A DNA stretch of 64,000 nt from Eledone cirrhosa (Eukaryota), in NCBI GenBank assembly GCA_964016885.1, contig OZ024743.1:142228001-142292000 (forward strand), given 5' to 3'. Under the pieces are notes generated by a model, which was given only the letters and a program-made list of their open reading frames with translations, searched no databases and was not told the origin of the DNA. Of the stretch, positions 15,441 through 30,539 are shown in pieces (the first letter of the stretch is position 1; the number at the start of each line of letters is the position of its first letter). Position numbers and translations under genes: made by a program.

Positions 15441-16325
15441 GGAACCAAGCACCAAGCACCAAACACCAAACACCAAGCATCAAGCACCAAACACCAAACA
15501 ACAAGCACCAGGCACCAAGCACCAAACACCAAACACCAAGCACCAAGCACCAAACAACAAACACCAAGCATGCAGCATCAAACACCAAGCACCAATCACC
15601 AAGCACCAAACACCAAGCACCAAGCACCAAACACCAACCACCAAACACAAAGCACCAAGCACCAAACACCAAGTACCAAGCACCAAACACCAAGCACCAA
15701 GCACAAACACCAAACCACAAGCACCAAACACCAAACCCCAAGCACCAAGCACCAAACACTAATCACCAAGCACCAAGCACCAAACAACAAGCACCAAGCA
15801 CCAAGCACCAGGCACCAAGCACCAAGCACCAAACACTAATCACCAAGCACCAAGCACCAAGCACCAAGCACCAAACACCAAGCAGCAAGCAGCAAGCACC
15901 AAACACCAAACACCAAGCACCAAGCACCAAACACCAAGCACCAAGGACCAAACATCAAACACACAGCACCAAGCACCAAACACCTAACACCAAGCACCAA
16001 GCACCAAGCACCAAGCACCGAACACCAAGCACATAACACCAAGCACCAAACACCAAGAAACAAGCACCAAACACGAAGCACCAGGCACCAAGCACCAAAC
16101 ACCAAGCCCCATGCACCAAGCACCAAGCCCCAAACACTTAACACCAAGCACCAAGCACCAAACACCAATCACCAAAAACCAAACACCAAGCACCAAGTAC
16201 CAAACACCAAGCACCAAGCACCAAACAACAAGCACCAAGCACCAATCACCAAACACCAAGAACCAAGCACCAAACACCAAGCACCAAGCACCAAGCACCA
16301 GGAACCAAGCACCAAGCACCAAACA
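14585..16325 (+). repeat. Tandem duplication, 860 bp unit
   Basis: ORF starts 14710/15570 and 15251/16111, CACCAGG-AACC at ~15441/16301 and the 6-mer CACAAA at 14842/15702 are all offset by 860 (123 heptamers minus 1). Confidence 0.88.
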
Positions 16326-18677
16326 CAAAACACCAAGCACCAAGCACCAAGCAGCAAACACCAAGCATCAAACACCAAACACCAAACACCAAGCACCAAA
16401 CACCAAGCACCAAGCACCAAACACGAAACACCAAGCACCAAGCACCAAGCACCAAACACCAAACACCAACACCAAACACCAGATACCAAGCACCAAGCAT
16501 CAAACACCAAACACCAAGCACCAAGCACCAAACACCAAACAACAAGCACCAGGCACCAAGCACCAAACACCAAACACCAAACACCAAGCACCAAGCACCA
16601 AACACCAAACACCAAGCACGCAGCATCAAACACCAAGCACCAAGCACCAAGCACCAAACACCAAGCACCAAGCACTAAACACCAATCACCAAACACAAAG
16701 CACCAAGCACCAAACACCAAGCACCAAGCACCAAACACCAAGCACCAAGCACCAAACACCAAACCACAAGCACCAAACACCAAACACCAAACCCCAAGCA
16801 CCAAGCACCAAACACTAATCACCAAGCACCAAGCACCAAACAACAAGCACCAAGCACCAAGCACCAGGCACCAAGCACCAAGCACCAAACACTAATCACC
16901 AAGCACCAAGCACCAAGCACCAAACACCAAGCACCAAGCACCAAGCACCAAACACCAAGCACCAAGCACCAAACACCAAACACCAAGATCCAAAGACCGA
17001 GCACCAAGCACCAAGCACCAAGCACCAAACAATAAGCACCAAGCACCAAACACCAAGCACCAAGCACCAAACACCAACCACCCAGCACTAAGCACCAAGC
17101 ACCAAACACCAAGCACCAAACACCAAACACCAAGCACCAAGCACCAAGCACGAAGCACCAAACACCAAGCACCAAGCACTAAGCACCAAACACCAAGCCC
17201 CAAGCACCAAGCACCAAACACCAAACACCAAGCACCAAGCACCAAACACCAAGCACCAAGCACCAAGCACCTAGCACCAAACACCAAGCAGCAAGCAGCA
17301 AGCACCAAAGACCAAACACCAAGCACCAAGCACCAAACACCAAGCACCAAGGACCAAAAACCTAACACCAAGCACCAAGCACCAAGCACCAAGCACCGAA
17401 CACCAAGCACCAAACACCAAGCACCAAACACCAAGCACCAAGCACCAAACACCAAACACCAAACAACAAGCACCAAGCACCAAACACCAAGCACCAGGCA
17501 CCAAGCACCAAACACCAAGCACCATGCACCAAGCACCAAGCCCCAAACACTTAACACCAAGCACCAAGCACGAAACACCAAGCACCAAAAACCAAACACC
17601 AAGCACCAACTACTAAACACCAAGCACCAAGCACCAAACACCAAGCACCAAGCACCAATCACCAAACACCAAGAACCAAGCACCAAACACCAAGCACCAA
17701 GGACCAAGCAACAGGCACCAAGCACCAAGCACCAAACACAAAACACCAAGCACCAAGCACCAAGCATCAAACACCAAGCATCAAACACCAAACACCAAAC
17801 ACCAAGCACCAAACACCAAGCACCAACCACCAAACACCAAACCCCAAGCACCAACACCAAGCACCAAACACCAAACACCAAGCACCAAACACCAAACACC
17901 AAGCACCAAGCACCAAACACCAAACAACAAGCACCAGGCACCAAGCACCAAACACCAAACACCAAGCAAACAGCATCAAAGACCAAGCACCAAGCACCAA
18001 ACACCAAACACCAAGCACCAAACACCAGCCCCCAAGCACCAATCACCAAACACCAAACACCAAGCACTAAGCACCAAACACCAAACAACAAGCAGCAGGC
18101 ACAAAGCACCAAGCACCAAGCACCAAACACCAAGCACCAAGCAGCAAGCACCAAACACCAAGCACCAAGCACCAAGCACCAAGCACCAAGCACCAAGCAC
18201 CAAACAGCAAGCACCAAGCACCAAACACCAAGCACCAAACACCAAGCACCAAACACCAAGCACCAAACACCAAACACATAGCACCAAGCACCAAACACCA
18301 AACACCAAGCACCAAGCACCAAACACCAAGCACCAAGCACCAAGCCCCTAGCACCAAACACAAAACACCAAGCAAAAAGCACAAAACACCAAGCACCAAT
18401 CACCAAACACCAAACACCAAGCAGCAAGCAGCAAGCACCAAACACCAAACACCAAGCACCAAGCACCAAATACCAAACACCAAGCACCAAGGACCAAACA
18501 TCAAACACCAAGCACCAAGCACCAAACGCCTAACACCAAGCACCAAGTACCAAGCACCAAGCACCAAACACCAAGCACCAATCACCAAACACCAAGCACC
18601 AAGCACCAAACACCAAGCACCAGGCACCAAGCACCAAAAACCAAGCACCAAGCACCAAACACCAAGCACCAAACACA

Positions 18678-21600
18678 AAGCACCAAGCACCAAACACCAA
18701 ACCCCAAGCACCAAACACCAAACCTCAAGCACCAAGCACCAAACACTAATCACCAAGCACCAAGCACCAAACAACAAGCACAAAGCACCAAGCACCAAAC
18801 ACTAATCACCAAGCACCAAGCACCAAGTACCACACAATAAGCACCAAGCACCAAACACCAAGCACCAAGCACCAAACACCAACCACCCAGCACCAAGCAC
18901 CAAACACCAAGCACCAAACACCAAACACCAAACACCAACCACCAAGCACTAAGCACCAAACACCAAGCACCAAGCACTAAGCACCAAACACCAAGTCCCA
19001 AGCACCAAGCACCAAATACCAAACACCAAGTACCAAGCACCAAACACCAAGCACCAAGCACCAAGCACCTAGCACCAAACACCAAACACCAAGCACCAAG
19101 CACCAAACACCAAGCACCAATCACCAAGCACCAAACACCAAGCAGCAAGCAGCAAGCACCAAACACCAAACACCAAGAACCAAGCACCAAGCACCAAGCA
19201 CCGAACACCAAGCACATTACACAAAGCACCAAACACCAAGCACCAAGTACCAAACACCAAGCACCAAACACCAAGCACCAAGAACCAAGCAGCAAACACC
19301 AAGCACCAGGCACCAAGCACCAAACACCAAGCACCATGCACCAAGCACCAAGCCCCAAACACTTAAAACCAAGCACCAAGCACCAAGCACCAAACTCCAA
19401 TCACCAAAAACCAAACACCAAGCACCAAGTACCAAACACCAAGCACCAAGCACCAAACACCAAGCACCAAGCACCAATCACCAAACACCAAGAACCAAGC
19501 ACCAAACACCAAGCACCAAGCACCAAGCACCAGGCACCAAGCACCAAGCACCAAACACAAAACACCAAGCACCAAGCACCAAGCAGCAAACACCAAGCAT
19601 CAAACACCAAACACCAAACACCAAGCACCAAACACCAAGCACCAAGCACCAAACACCAAACACCAAGCACCAAGCACCAAGCACCAAACACCAAACACCA
19701 AGCACCAAACATCAGATACCAAGCACCAAGCACCAAACACCAAACACCAAGCATCAAGCACCAAACACCAAACAACAAGCACCAGGCACCAAGCACCAAA
19801 CACCAAACACCAAGCACCAAGCACCAAACACCAAACACCAAGCATGCAGCATCAAACACCAAGCACCAAGCACCAAGCACCAAACACCAAGCACCAAGCA
19901 CCAAACACCAACCACCAAACACAAAGCACCAATCACCAAACACCAAGTACCAAGCACCAAACACCAAACACCAAGCACCAAACACCAAACCACAAGCACC
20001 AAACACCAAACCCCAAGCACCAAGCACCAAACACTAATCACCAAGCACCAAGCACCAAACAACAAGCACCAAGCACCAAGCACCAGGCACCAAGCACCAA
20101 GCACCAAACACTAATCACCAAGCACCAAGCACCAAGCACCAAACACAAAGCACCAAGCACCAAGCACCAAACACCAAGCACAAAGCACCAAACACCAAAC
20201 ACCAAGATCCAAAGACCAAGCACCAAGCACGAAGCACCAAGCACCAAACAATAAGCACCAAGCACCAAACACCAAGCACCAAGCACCAAACACCAACCAC
20301 CCAGCACCAAGCACAAAGCACCAAACACCAAGCACCAAACACCAAACACCAAGCACCAAGCACCAAGCGCCAAGCACCAAACACCAAGCACCAAGCACTA
20401 AGCACCAAACACCAAGCCCCAAGCAGCAAGCACCAAACACCAAACACCAAGCACCAAGCACCAAGCACCAAGCACCAAGCACCAAGCACCTAGCACCAAA
20501 CACCAAACACCAAGCACCAAGCACCAAACACCAAGCACCAATCACCAAGCACCAAACACCAAGCAGCAAGCAGCAAGCACCAAACACCAAACACCAAGCA
20601 CCAAGCACCAAACACCAAGCACCAAGGACCAAACATCAAACACCAAGCACCAAGCACCAAACACCAAACACCAAGCACCAAACACCAAATACCAAACACC
20701 AAGCACCAAGGACCAAACATCAAACACCAAGCACCAAGCACCAAACACCTAACACCAAGCACCAAGTACCAAGCACCAAGCACCAAACACCAAGCACCAA
20801 TCACCAAACACCAAGCACCAAGCACCAAACACCAAGCACCAGGCACCAAGCACCAAAAACCAAGCACCAAGCACCAAACACCAAGCACCAAACACAAAGC
20901 ACCAAGCACCAAACACCAAACCCCAAGCACCAAACACCAAACCTCAAGCACCAAGCACCAAACACTAATCACCAAGCACCAAGCACCAAACAACAAGCAC
21001 AAAGCACCAAGCACCAGGCACCAAGCACCAAACACTAATCACCAAGCACCAAGCACCAAGCCCCACACAATAAGCACCAAGCACCAAACACCAAGCACCA
21101 AGATCCAAACACCAACCACCCAGCACCAAGCACCAAACACCAAGCACCAAACACCAAACACCAAACACCAACCACCAAGCACTAAGCACCAAACACCAAG
21201 CACCAAGCACTAAGCACCAAACACCAAGCACCAAACACCAAACACCAAGCACCAAGCACCAAGCGCCAAGCACCAAACACCAAGCACCAAGCACTAAGCA
21301 CCAAACACCAAGCCCCAAGCAGCAAGCACCAAACACCAAACACCAAGCACCAAGCACCAAGCACCAAGCACCAAGCACCAAGCACCTAGCACCAAACACC
21401 AAACACCAAGCACCAAGCACCAAACACCAAGCACCAATCACCAAGCACCAAACACCAAGCAGCAAGCAGCAAGCACCAAACACCAAACACCAAGCACCAA
21501 GCACCAAACACCAAGCACCAAGGACCAAACATCAAACACCAAGCACCAAGCACCGAACACCAAGCACCAAACACCAAGCACCAAATACCAAGCACCAAGC

Positions 21601-24600
21601 ACCAAACACCAAGCACCAAACACCAAGCACCAAGCACCAAGCACCAAACACCAAGCACCAGGCACCAAGCACCAAACACCAAGCACCATGCACCAAGCAC
21701 CAATCCCCAAACACTTAACACCAAGCACCAAGCACCAAACACCAAGCACCAAAAACCAAACACCAAGCACCAACTACTAAACACCAAGCACCAAGCACCA
21801 AACACAAGCACCAAGCACCAATCACCAAACACCAAGAACCAAGCACCAAACACCAAGCACCAAAGACCAAGCACCAGGCACCAAGCACCAATCACCAAAC
21901 ACAAAACACCAAGCACCAAGCACCAAGCAGCAAACACCAAGCATCAAACACCAAACACCAAACACCAAGCACCAAACACCAAGCACCAAGCACCAAACAC
22001 CAAACACCAAGCACCAAGCACCAAGCACCAAGCACCAAACACCAAGCACCAAACACCAAACACCAAGCATCAAGCACCAAACACCAAACAACAAGCACCA
22101 GGTACCAAGCACCAAACACCAAACACCAAGCACGCAGCATCAAACACCAAGCACCAAGCACCAAGCACCAAACACCAAGTACCAAGCACCAAGCACCAAG
22201 CACCAAACACCAAACACCAAGCACCAAGCACCAAATACCAAACACCAAGTACCAAGCACCAAACACCAAGCACCAAGCACCAAGCACCTAGCACCAAACA
22301 CCAAACACCAAGCACCAAGCACCAAACACCAAGCACCAATCACCAAGCACCAAACACCAAGCAGCAAGCAGCAAGCACCAAACACCAAACACCAAACACC
22401 AAGAACCAAGCACCAAGCACCAAGCACCGAACACCAAGCACATTACACAAAGCACCAAACACCAAGCACCAAGTACCAAACACCAAGCACCAAACACCAA
22501 GCACCAAGAACCAAGCAGCAAACACCAAGCACCAGGCACCAAGCACCAAACACCAAGCACCATGCACCAAGCACCAAGCCCCAAACACTTAAAACCAAGC
22601 ACCAAGCACCAAGCACCAAACTCCAATCACCAAAAACCAAACACCAAGCACCAAGTACCAAACACCAAGCACCAAGCACCAAACACCAAGCACCAAGCAC
22701 CAATCACCAAACACCAAGAACCAAGCACCAAACACCAAGCACCAAGCACCAAGCACCAGGCACCAAGCACCAAGCACCAAACACAAAACACCAAGCACCA
22801 AGCACCAAGCAGCAAACACCAAGCATCAAACACCAAACACCAAACACCAAGCACCAAACACCAAGCACCAAGCACCAAACACCAAACACCAAGCACCAAG
22901 CACCAAGCACCAAACACCAAACACCAAGCACCAAACATCAGATACCAAGCACCAAGCACCAAACACCAAACACCAAGCATCAAGCACCAAACACCAAACA
23001 ACAAGCACCAGGCACCAAGCACCAAACACCAAACACCAAGCACCAAGCACCAAACACCAAACACCAAGCATGCAGCATCAAACACCAAGCACCAAGCACC
23101 AAGCACCAAACACCAAGCACCAAGCACCAAACACCAACCACCAAACACAAAGCACCAAGCACCAAACACCAAGTACCAAGCACCAAACACCAAACACCAA
23201 GCACCAAACACCAAACCACAAGCACCAAACACCAAGCACCAGGCACCAAGCACCAAGCACCAAACACTAATCACCAAGCACCAAGCACCAAGCACCAAAC
23301 ACAAAGCACCAAGCACCAAGCACCAAACACCAAGCACCAAGCACCAAACACCAAACACCAAGATCCAAAGACCAAGCACCAAGCACGAAGCACCAAGCAC
23401 CAAACAATAAGCACCAAGCACCAAACACCAAGCACCAAGCACCAAACACCAACCACCCAGCACCAAGCACCAAGCACCAAACACCAAGCACCAAACACCA
23501 AACACCAAGCACCAAGCACCAAGCGCCAAGCACCAAACACCAAGCACCAAGCACTAAGCACCAAACACCAAGCCCCAAGCAGCAAGCACCAAACACCAAA
23601 CACCAAGCACCAAGCACCAAGCACCAAGCACCAAGCACCAAGCACCTAGCACCAAACACCAAACACCAAGCACCAAGCACCAAACACCAAGCACCAATCA
23701 CCAAGCACCAAACACCAAGCAGCAAGCAGCAAGCACGAAACACCAAACACCAAGCACCAAGCACCAAACACCAAGCACCAAGGACCAAACATCAAACACC
23801 AAGCACCAAGCACCAAACACCTAACACCAAGCACCAAGCACCAAGCACCGAACACCAAGCACGAAACACCAAGCACCAAACACCAAGCACCAAGCACCAA
23901 ACACCAAGCACCAAACACCAAGCACCAAGCACCAAACACCAAGCACCAGGCACCAAGCACCAAACACCAAGCCCCATGCACCAAGCCCCAATCCCCAAAC
24001 ACTTAACACCAAGCACCAAGCACCAAACACCAAGCACCAAAAACCAAACACCAAGCACCAACTACTAAACACCAAGCACCAGGCACCAAGCACCAATCAC
24101 CAAACACAAAACACCAAGCACCAAGCACCAAGCAGCAAACACCAAGCATCAAACACCAAACACCAAACACCAAGCACCAAACACCAAGCACCAAGCACCA
24201 AACACCAAACCCCAAGCACCAAACACCAAACCTCAAGCACCAAGCACCAAACACTAATCACCAAGCACCAAGCACCAAACAACAAGCACAAAGCACCAAG
24301 CACCAAACACTAATCACCAAGCACCAAGCACCAAGTACCACACAATAAGCACCAAGCACCAAACACCAAGCACCAAGCACCAAACACCAACCACCCAGCA
24401 CCAAGCACCAAACACCAAGCACCAAACACCAAACACCAAACACCAACCACCAAGCACTAAGCACCAAACACCAAGCACCAAGCACTAAGCACCAAACACC
24501 AAGTCCCAAGCACCAAGCACCAAATACCAAACACCAAGTACCAAGCACCAAACACCAAGCACCAAGCACCAAGCACCTAGCACCAAACACCAAACACCAA

Positions 24601-27600
24601 GCACCAAGCACCAAACACCAAGCACCAATCACCAAGCACCAAACACCAAGCAGCAAGCAGCAAGCACCAAACACCAAACACCAAGAACCAAGCACCAAGC
24701 ACCAAGCACCGAACACCAAGCACATTACACAAAGCACCAAACACCAAGCACCAAGTACCAAACACCAAGCACCAAACACCAAGCACCAAGAACCAAGCAG
24801 CAAACACCAAGCACCAGGCACCAAGCACCAAACACCAAGCACCATGCACCAAGCACCAAGCCCCAAACACTTAAAACCAAGCACCAAGCACCAAGCACCA
24901 AACTCCAATCACCAAAAACCAAACACCAAGCACCAAGTACCAAACACCAAGCACCAAGCACCAAACACCAAGCACCAAGCACCAATCACCAAACACCAAG
25001 AACCAAGCACCAAACACCAAGCACCAAGCACCAAGCACCAGGCACCAAGCACCAAGCACCAAACACAAAACACCAAGCACCAAGCACCAAGCAGCAAACA
25101 CCAAGCATCAAACACCAAACACCAAACACCAAGCACCAAACACCAAGCACCAAGCACCAAACACCAAACACCAAGCACCAAGCACCAAGCACCAAACACC
25201 AAACACCAAGCACCAAACATCAGATACCAAGCACCAAGCACCAAACACCAAACACCAAGCATCAAGCACCAAACACCAAACAACAAGCACCAGGCACCAA
25301 GCACCAAACACCAAACACCAAGCACCAAGCACCAAACACCAAACACCAAGCATGCAGCATCAAACACCAAGCACCAAGCACCAAGCACCAAACACCAAGC
25401 ACCAAGCACCAAACACCAACCACCAAACACAAAGCACCAATCACCAAACACCAAGTACCAAGCACCAAACACCAAACACCAAGCACCAAACACCAAACCA
25501 CAAGCACCAAACACCAAACCCCAAGCACCAAGCACCAAACACTAATCACCAAGCACCAAGCACCAAACAACAAGCACCAAGCACCAAGCACCAGGCACCA
25601 AGCACCAAGCACCAAACACTAATCACCAAGCACCAAGCACCAAGCACCAAACACAAAGCACCAAGCACCAAGCACCAAACACCAAGCACAAAGCACCAAA
25701 CACCAAACACCAAGATCCAAAGACCAAGCACCAAGCACGAAGCACCAAGCACCAAACAATAAGCACCAAGCACCAAACACCAAGCACCAAGCACCAAACA
25801 CCAACCACCCAGCACCAAGCACAAAGCACCAAACACCAAGCACCAAACACCAAACACCAAGCACCAAGCACCAAGCGCCAAGCACCAAACACCAAGCACC
25901 AAGCACTAAGCACCAAACACCAAGCCCCAAGCAGCAAGCACCAAACACCAAACACCAAGCACCAAGCACCAAGCACCAAGCACCAAGCACCAAGCACCTA
26001 GCACCAAACACCAAACACCAAGCACCAAGCACCAAACACCAAGCACCAATCACCAAGCACCAAACACCAAGCAGCAAGCAGCAAGCACCAAACACCAAAC
26101 ACCAAGCACCAAGCACCAAACACCAAGCACCAAGGACCAAACATCAAACACCAAGCACCAAGCACCAAACACCAAACACCAAGCACCAAACACCAAATAC
26201 CAAACACCAAGCACCAAGGACCAAACATCAAACACCAAGCACCAAGCACCAAACACCTAACACCAAGCACCAAGTACCAAGCACCAAGCACCAAACACCA
26301 AGCACCAATCACCAAACACCAAGCACCAAGCACCAAACACCAAGCACCAGGCACCAAGCACCAAAAACCAAGCACCAAGCACCAAACACCAAGCACCAAA
26401 CACAAAGCACCAAGCACCAAACACCAAACCCCAAGCACCAAACACCAAACCTCAAGCACCAAGCACCAAACACTAATCACCAAGCACCAAGCACCAAACA
26501 ACAAGCACAAAGCACCAAGCACCAGGCACCAAGCACCAAACACTAATCACCAAGCACCAAGCACCAAGCACCACACAATAAGCACCAAGCACCAAACACC
26601 AAGCACCAAGATCCAAACACCAACCACCCAGCACCAAGCACCAAACACCAAGCACCAAACACCAAACACCAAACACCAACCACCAAGCACTAAGCACCAA
26701 ACACCAAGCACCAAGCACTAAGCACCAAACACCAAGCACCAAACACCAAACACCAAGCACCAAGCACCAAGCGCCAAGCACCAAACACCAAGCACCAAGC
26801 ACTAAGCACCAAACACCAAGCCCCAAGCAGCAAGCACCAAACACCAAACACCAAGCACCAAGCACCAAGCACCAAGCACCAAGCACCAAGCACCTAGCAC
26901 CAAACACCAAACACCAAGCACCAAGCACCAAACACCAAGCACCAATCACCAAGCACCAAACACCAAGCAGCAAGCAGCAAGCACCAAACACCAAACACCA
27001 AGCACCAAGCACCAAACACCAAGCACCAAGGACCAAACATCAAACACCAAGCACCAAGCACCGAACACCAAGCACCAAACACCAAGCACCAAATACCAAG
27101 CACCAAGCACCAAACACCAAGCACCAAACACCAAGCACCAAGCACCAAGCACCAAACACCAAGCACCAGGCACCAAGCACCAAACACCAAGCACCATGCA
27201 CCAAGCACCAATCCCCAAACACTTAACACCAAGCACCAAGCACCAAACACCAAGCACCAAAAACCAAACACCAAGCACCAACTACTAAACACCAAGCACC
27301 AAGCACCAAACACAAGCACCAAGCACCAATCACCAAACACCAAGAACCAAGCACCAAACACCAAGCACCAAAGACCAAGCACCAGGCACCAAGCACCAAT
27401 CACCAAACACAAAACACCAAGCACCAAGCACCAAGCAGCAAACACCAAGCATCAAACACCAAACACCAAACACCAAGCACCAAACACCAAGCACCAAGCA
27501 CCAAACACCAAACACCAAGCACCAAGCACCAAGCACCAAGCACCAAACACCAAGCACCAAACACCAAACACCAAGCATCAAGCACCAAACACCAAACAAC

Positions 27601-29718
27601 AAGCACCAGGTACCAAGCACCAAACACCAAACACCAAGCACGCAGCATCAAACACCAAGCACCAAGCACCAAGCACCAAACACCAAGTACCAAGCACCAA
27701 GCACCAAGCACCAAACACCAAACACCAAGCACCAAGCACCAAATACCAAACACCAAGTACCAAGCACCAAACACCAAGCACCAAGCACCAAGCACCTAGC
27801 ACCAAACACCAAACACCAAGCACCAAGCACCAAACACCAAGCACCAATCACCAAGCACCAAACACCAAGCAGCAAGCAGCAAGCACCAAACACCAAACAC
27901 CAAACACCAAGAACCAAGCACCAAGCACCAAGCACCGAACACCAAGCACATTACACAAAGCACCAAACACCAAGCACCAAGTACCAAACACCAAGCACCA
28001 AACACCAAGCACCAAGAACCAAGCAGCAAACACCAAGCACCAGGCACCAAGCACCAAACACCAAGCACCATGCACCAAGCACCAAGCCCCAAACACTTAA
28101 AACCAAGCACCAAGCACCAAGCACCAAACTCCAATCACCAAAAACCAAACACCAAGCACCAAGTACCAAACACCAAGCACCAAGCACCAAACACCAAGCA
28201 CCAAGCACCAATCACCAAACACCAAGAACCAAGCACCAAACACCAAGCACCAAGCACCAAGCACCAGGCACCAAGCACCAAGCACCAAACACAAAACACC
28301 AAGCACCAAGCACCAAGCAGCAAACACCAAGCATCAAACACCAAACACCAAACACCAAGCACCAAACACCAAGCACCAAGCACCAAACACCAAACACCAA
28401 GCACCAAGCACCAAGCACCAAACACCAAACACCAAGCACCAAACATCAGATACCAAGCACCAAGCACCAAACACCAAACACCAAGCATCAAGCACCAAAC
28501 ACCAAACAACAAGCACCAGGCACCAAGCACCAAACACCAAACACCAAGCACCAAGCACCAAACACCAAACACCAAGCATGCAGCATCAAACACCAAGCAC
28601 CAAGCACCAAGCACCAAACACCAAGCACCAAGCACCAAACACCAACCACCAAACACAAAGCACCAAGCACCAAACACCAAGTACCAAGCACCAAACACCA
28701 AACACCAAGCACCAAACACCAAACCACAAGCACCAAACACCAAGCACCAGGCACCAAGCACCAAGCACCAAACACTAATCACCAAGCACCAAGCACCAAG
28801 CACCAAACACAAAGCACCAAGCACCAAGCACCAAACACCAAGCACCAAGCACCAAACACCAAACACCAAGATCCAAAGACCAAGCACCAAGCACGAAGCA
28901 CCAAGCACCAAACAATAAGCACCAAGCACCAAACACCAAGCACCAAGCACCAAACACCAACCACCCAGCACCAAGCACCAAGCACCAAACACCAAGCACC
29001 AAACACCAAACACCAAGCACCAAGCACCAAGCGCCAAGCACCAAACACCAAGCACCAAGCACTAAGCACCAAACACCAAGCCCCAAGCAGCAAGCACCAA
29101 ACACCAAACACCAAGCACCAAGCACCAAGCACCAAGCACCAAGCACCAAGCACCTAGCACCAAACACCAAACACCAAGCACCAAGCACCAAACACCAAGC
29201 ACCAATCACCAAGCACCAAACACCAAGCAGCAAGCAGCAAGCACGAAACACCAAACACCAAGCACCAAGCACCAAACACCAAGCACCAAGGACCAAACAT
29301 CAAACACCAAGCACCAAGCACCAAACACCTAACACCAAGCACCAAGCACCAAGCACCGAACACCAAGCACGAAACACCAAGCACCAAACACCAAGCACCA
29401 AGCACCAAACACCAAGCACCAAACACCAAGCACCAAGCACCAAACACCAAGCACCAGGCACCAAGCACCAAACACCAAGCCCCATGCACCAAGCCCCAAT
29501 CCCCAAACACTTAACACCAAGCACCAAGCACCAAACACCAAGCACCAAAAACCAAACACCAAGCACCAACTACTAAACACCAAGCACCAGGCACCAAGCA
29601 CCAATCACCAAACACAAAACACCAAGCACCAAGCACCAAGCAGCAAACACCAAGCATCAAACACCAAACACCAAACACCAAGCACCAAACACCAAGCACC
29701 AAGCACCAAACACCAAAC
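18678..29718 (+). repeat. Near-perfect tandem duplication, 5508 bp unit (copy 1 ~18678-24185, copy 2 ~24186-29718)
   Basis: CCTCAAG is at 18723/24231. ORF pairs 19336/24844, 22562/28070 and 23821/29329 are all exactly 5508 apart (787 heptamers minus 1). I noticed only one difference, CCCCACA at 21061 vs CACCACA at 26569. Confidence 0.95.
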
Positions 29719-30539
29719 ACCAAGCACCAAGCACCAAGAACCAAACACCAAACACCAAGCACCAAACACCAAACACCAAGCACCAAGCACCAAACACCAA
29801 ACAACAAGCACCAGGTACCAAGCACCAAACACCAAACACCAAGCACGCAGCATCAAACACCAAGCACCAAGCACCAAGCACCAAACACCAAGTACCAAGC
29901 ACCAAGCACCAAGCACCAAACACCAAACACCAAGCACCAAACACCAGCCACCAAGCACCAAGCACCAAACACCAAACACCAAGCACCAAGCACCAAACAC
30001 CAAACAACAAGCACCAGGCACCAAGCACCAAACACCAAACACCAAGCACGCATCACCAAGCACCAAGCACCAAGCACCAAGCACCAAACACCAAGCACCA
30101 AGCACCAAGCACCAAACACCAAACACCAAACACCAAGCACCAAGAACCAAACACCAAACACCAAGCACCAAGCACCAAACACCAAGCACCAAACACCAAA
30201 CCCCAAGCACCAATCACCAAACACTAATCACCAAGCACCAAGCACCAAACACCGAGCACCAAGCAGCAAGCACCAAACACCAAGCACCAAGCACCAAGCA
30301 CCAAGCACCAAGCACCAAACACCAAGCACCAAGCACCAAACACCAAACCCCAAGCACCAAAGACCAAGCACCAAGCACCAAGGACCAAACACCAAGCACC
30401 AAGCAACAAGCACCAAACACCAAGCACCAAGCACCAAACACCCAGCACCAAGCACCAAGCACCAAACACCAAACACCAAGCACGCAGCATCAAACACCAA
30501 GCACCAAGCACCAAGCACCAAACACCAAGCACCAAGCAC

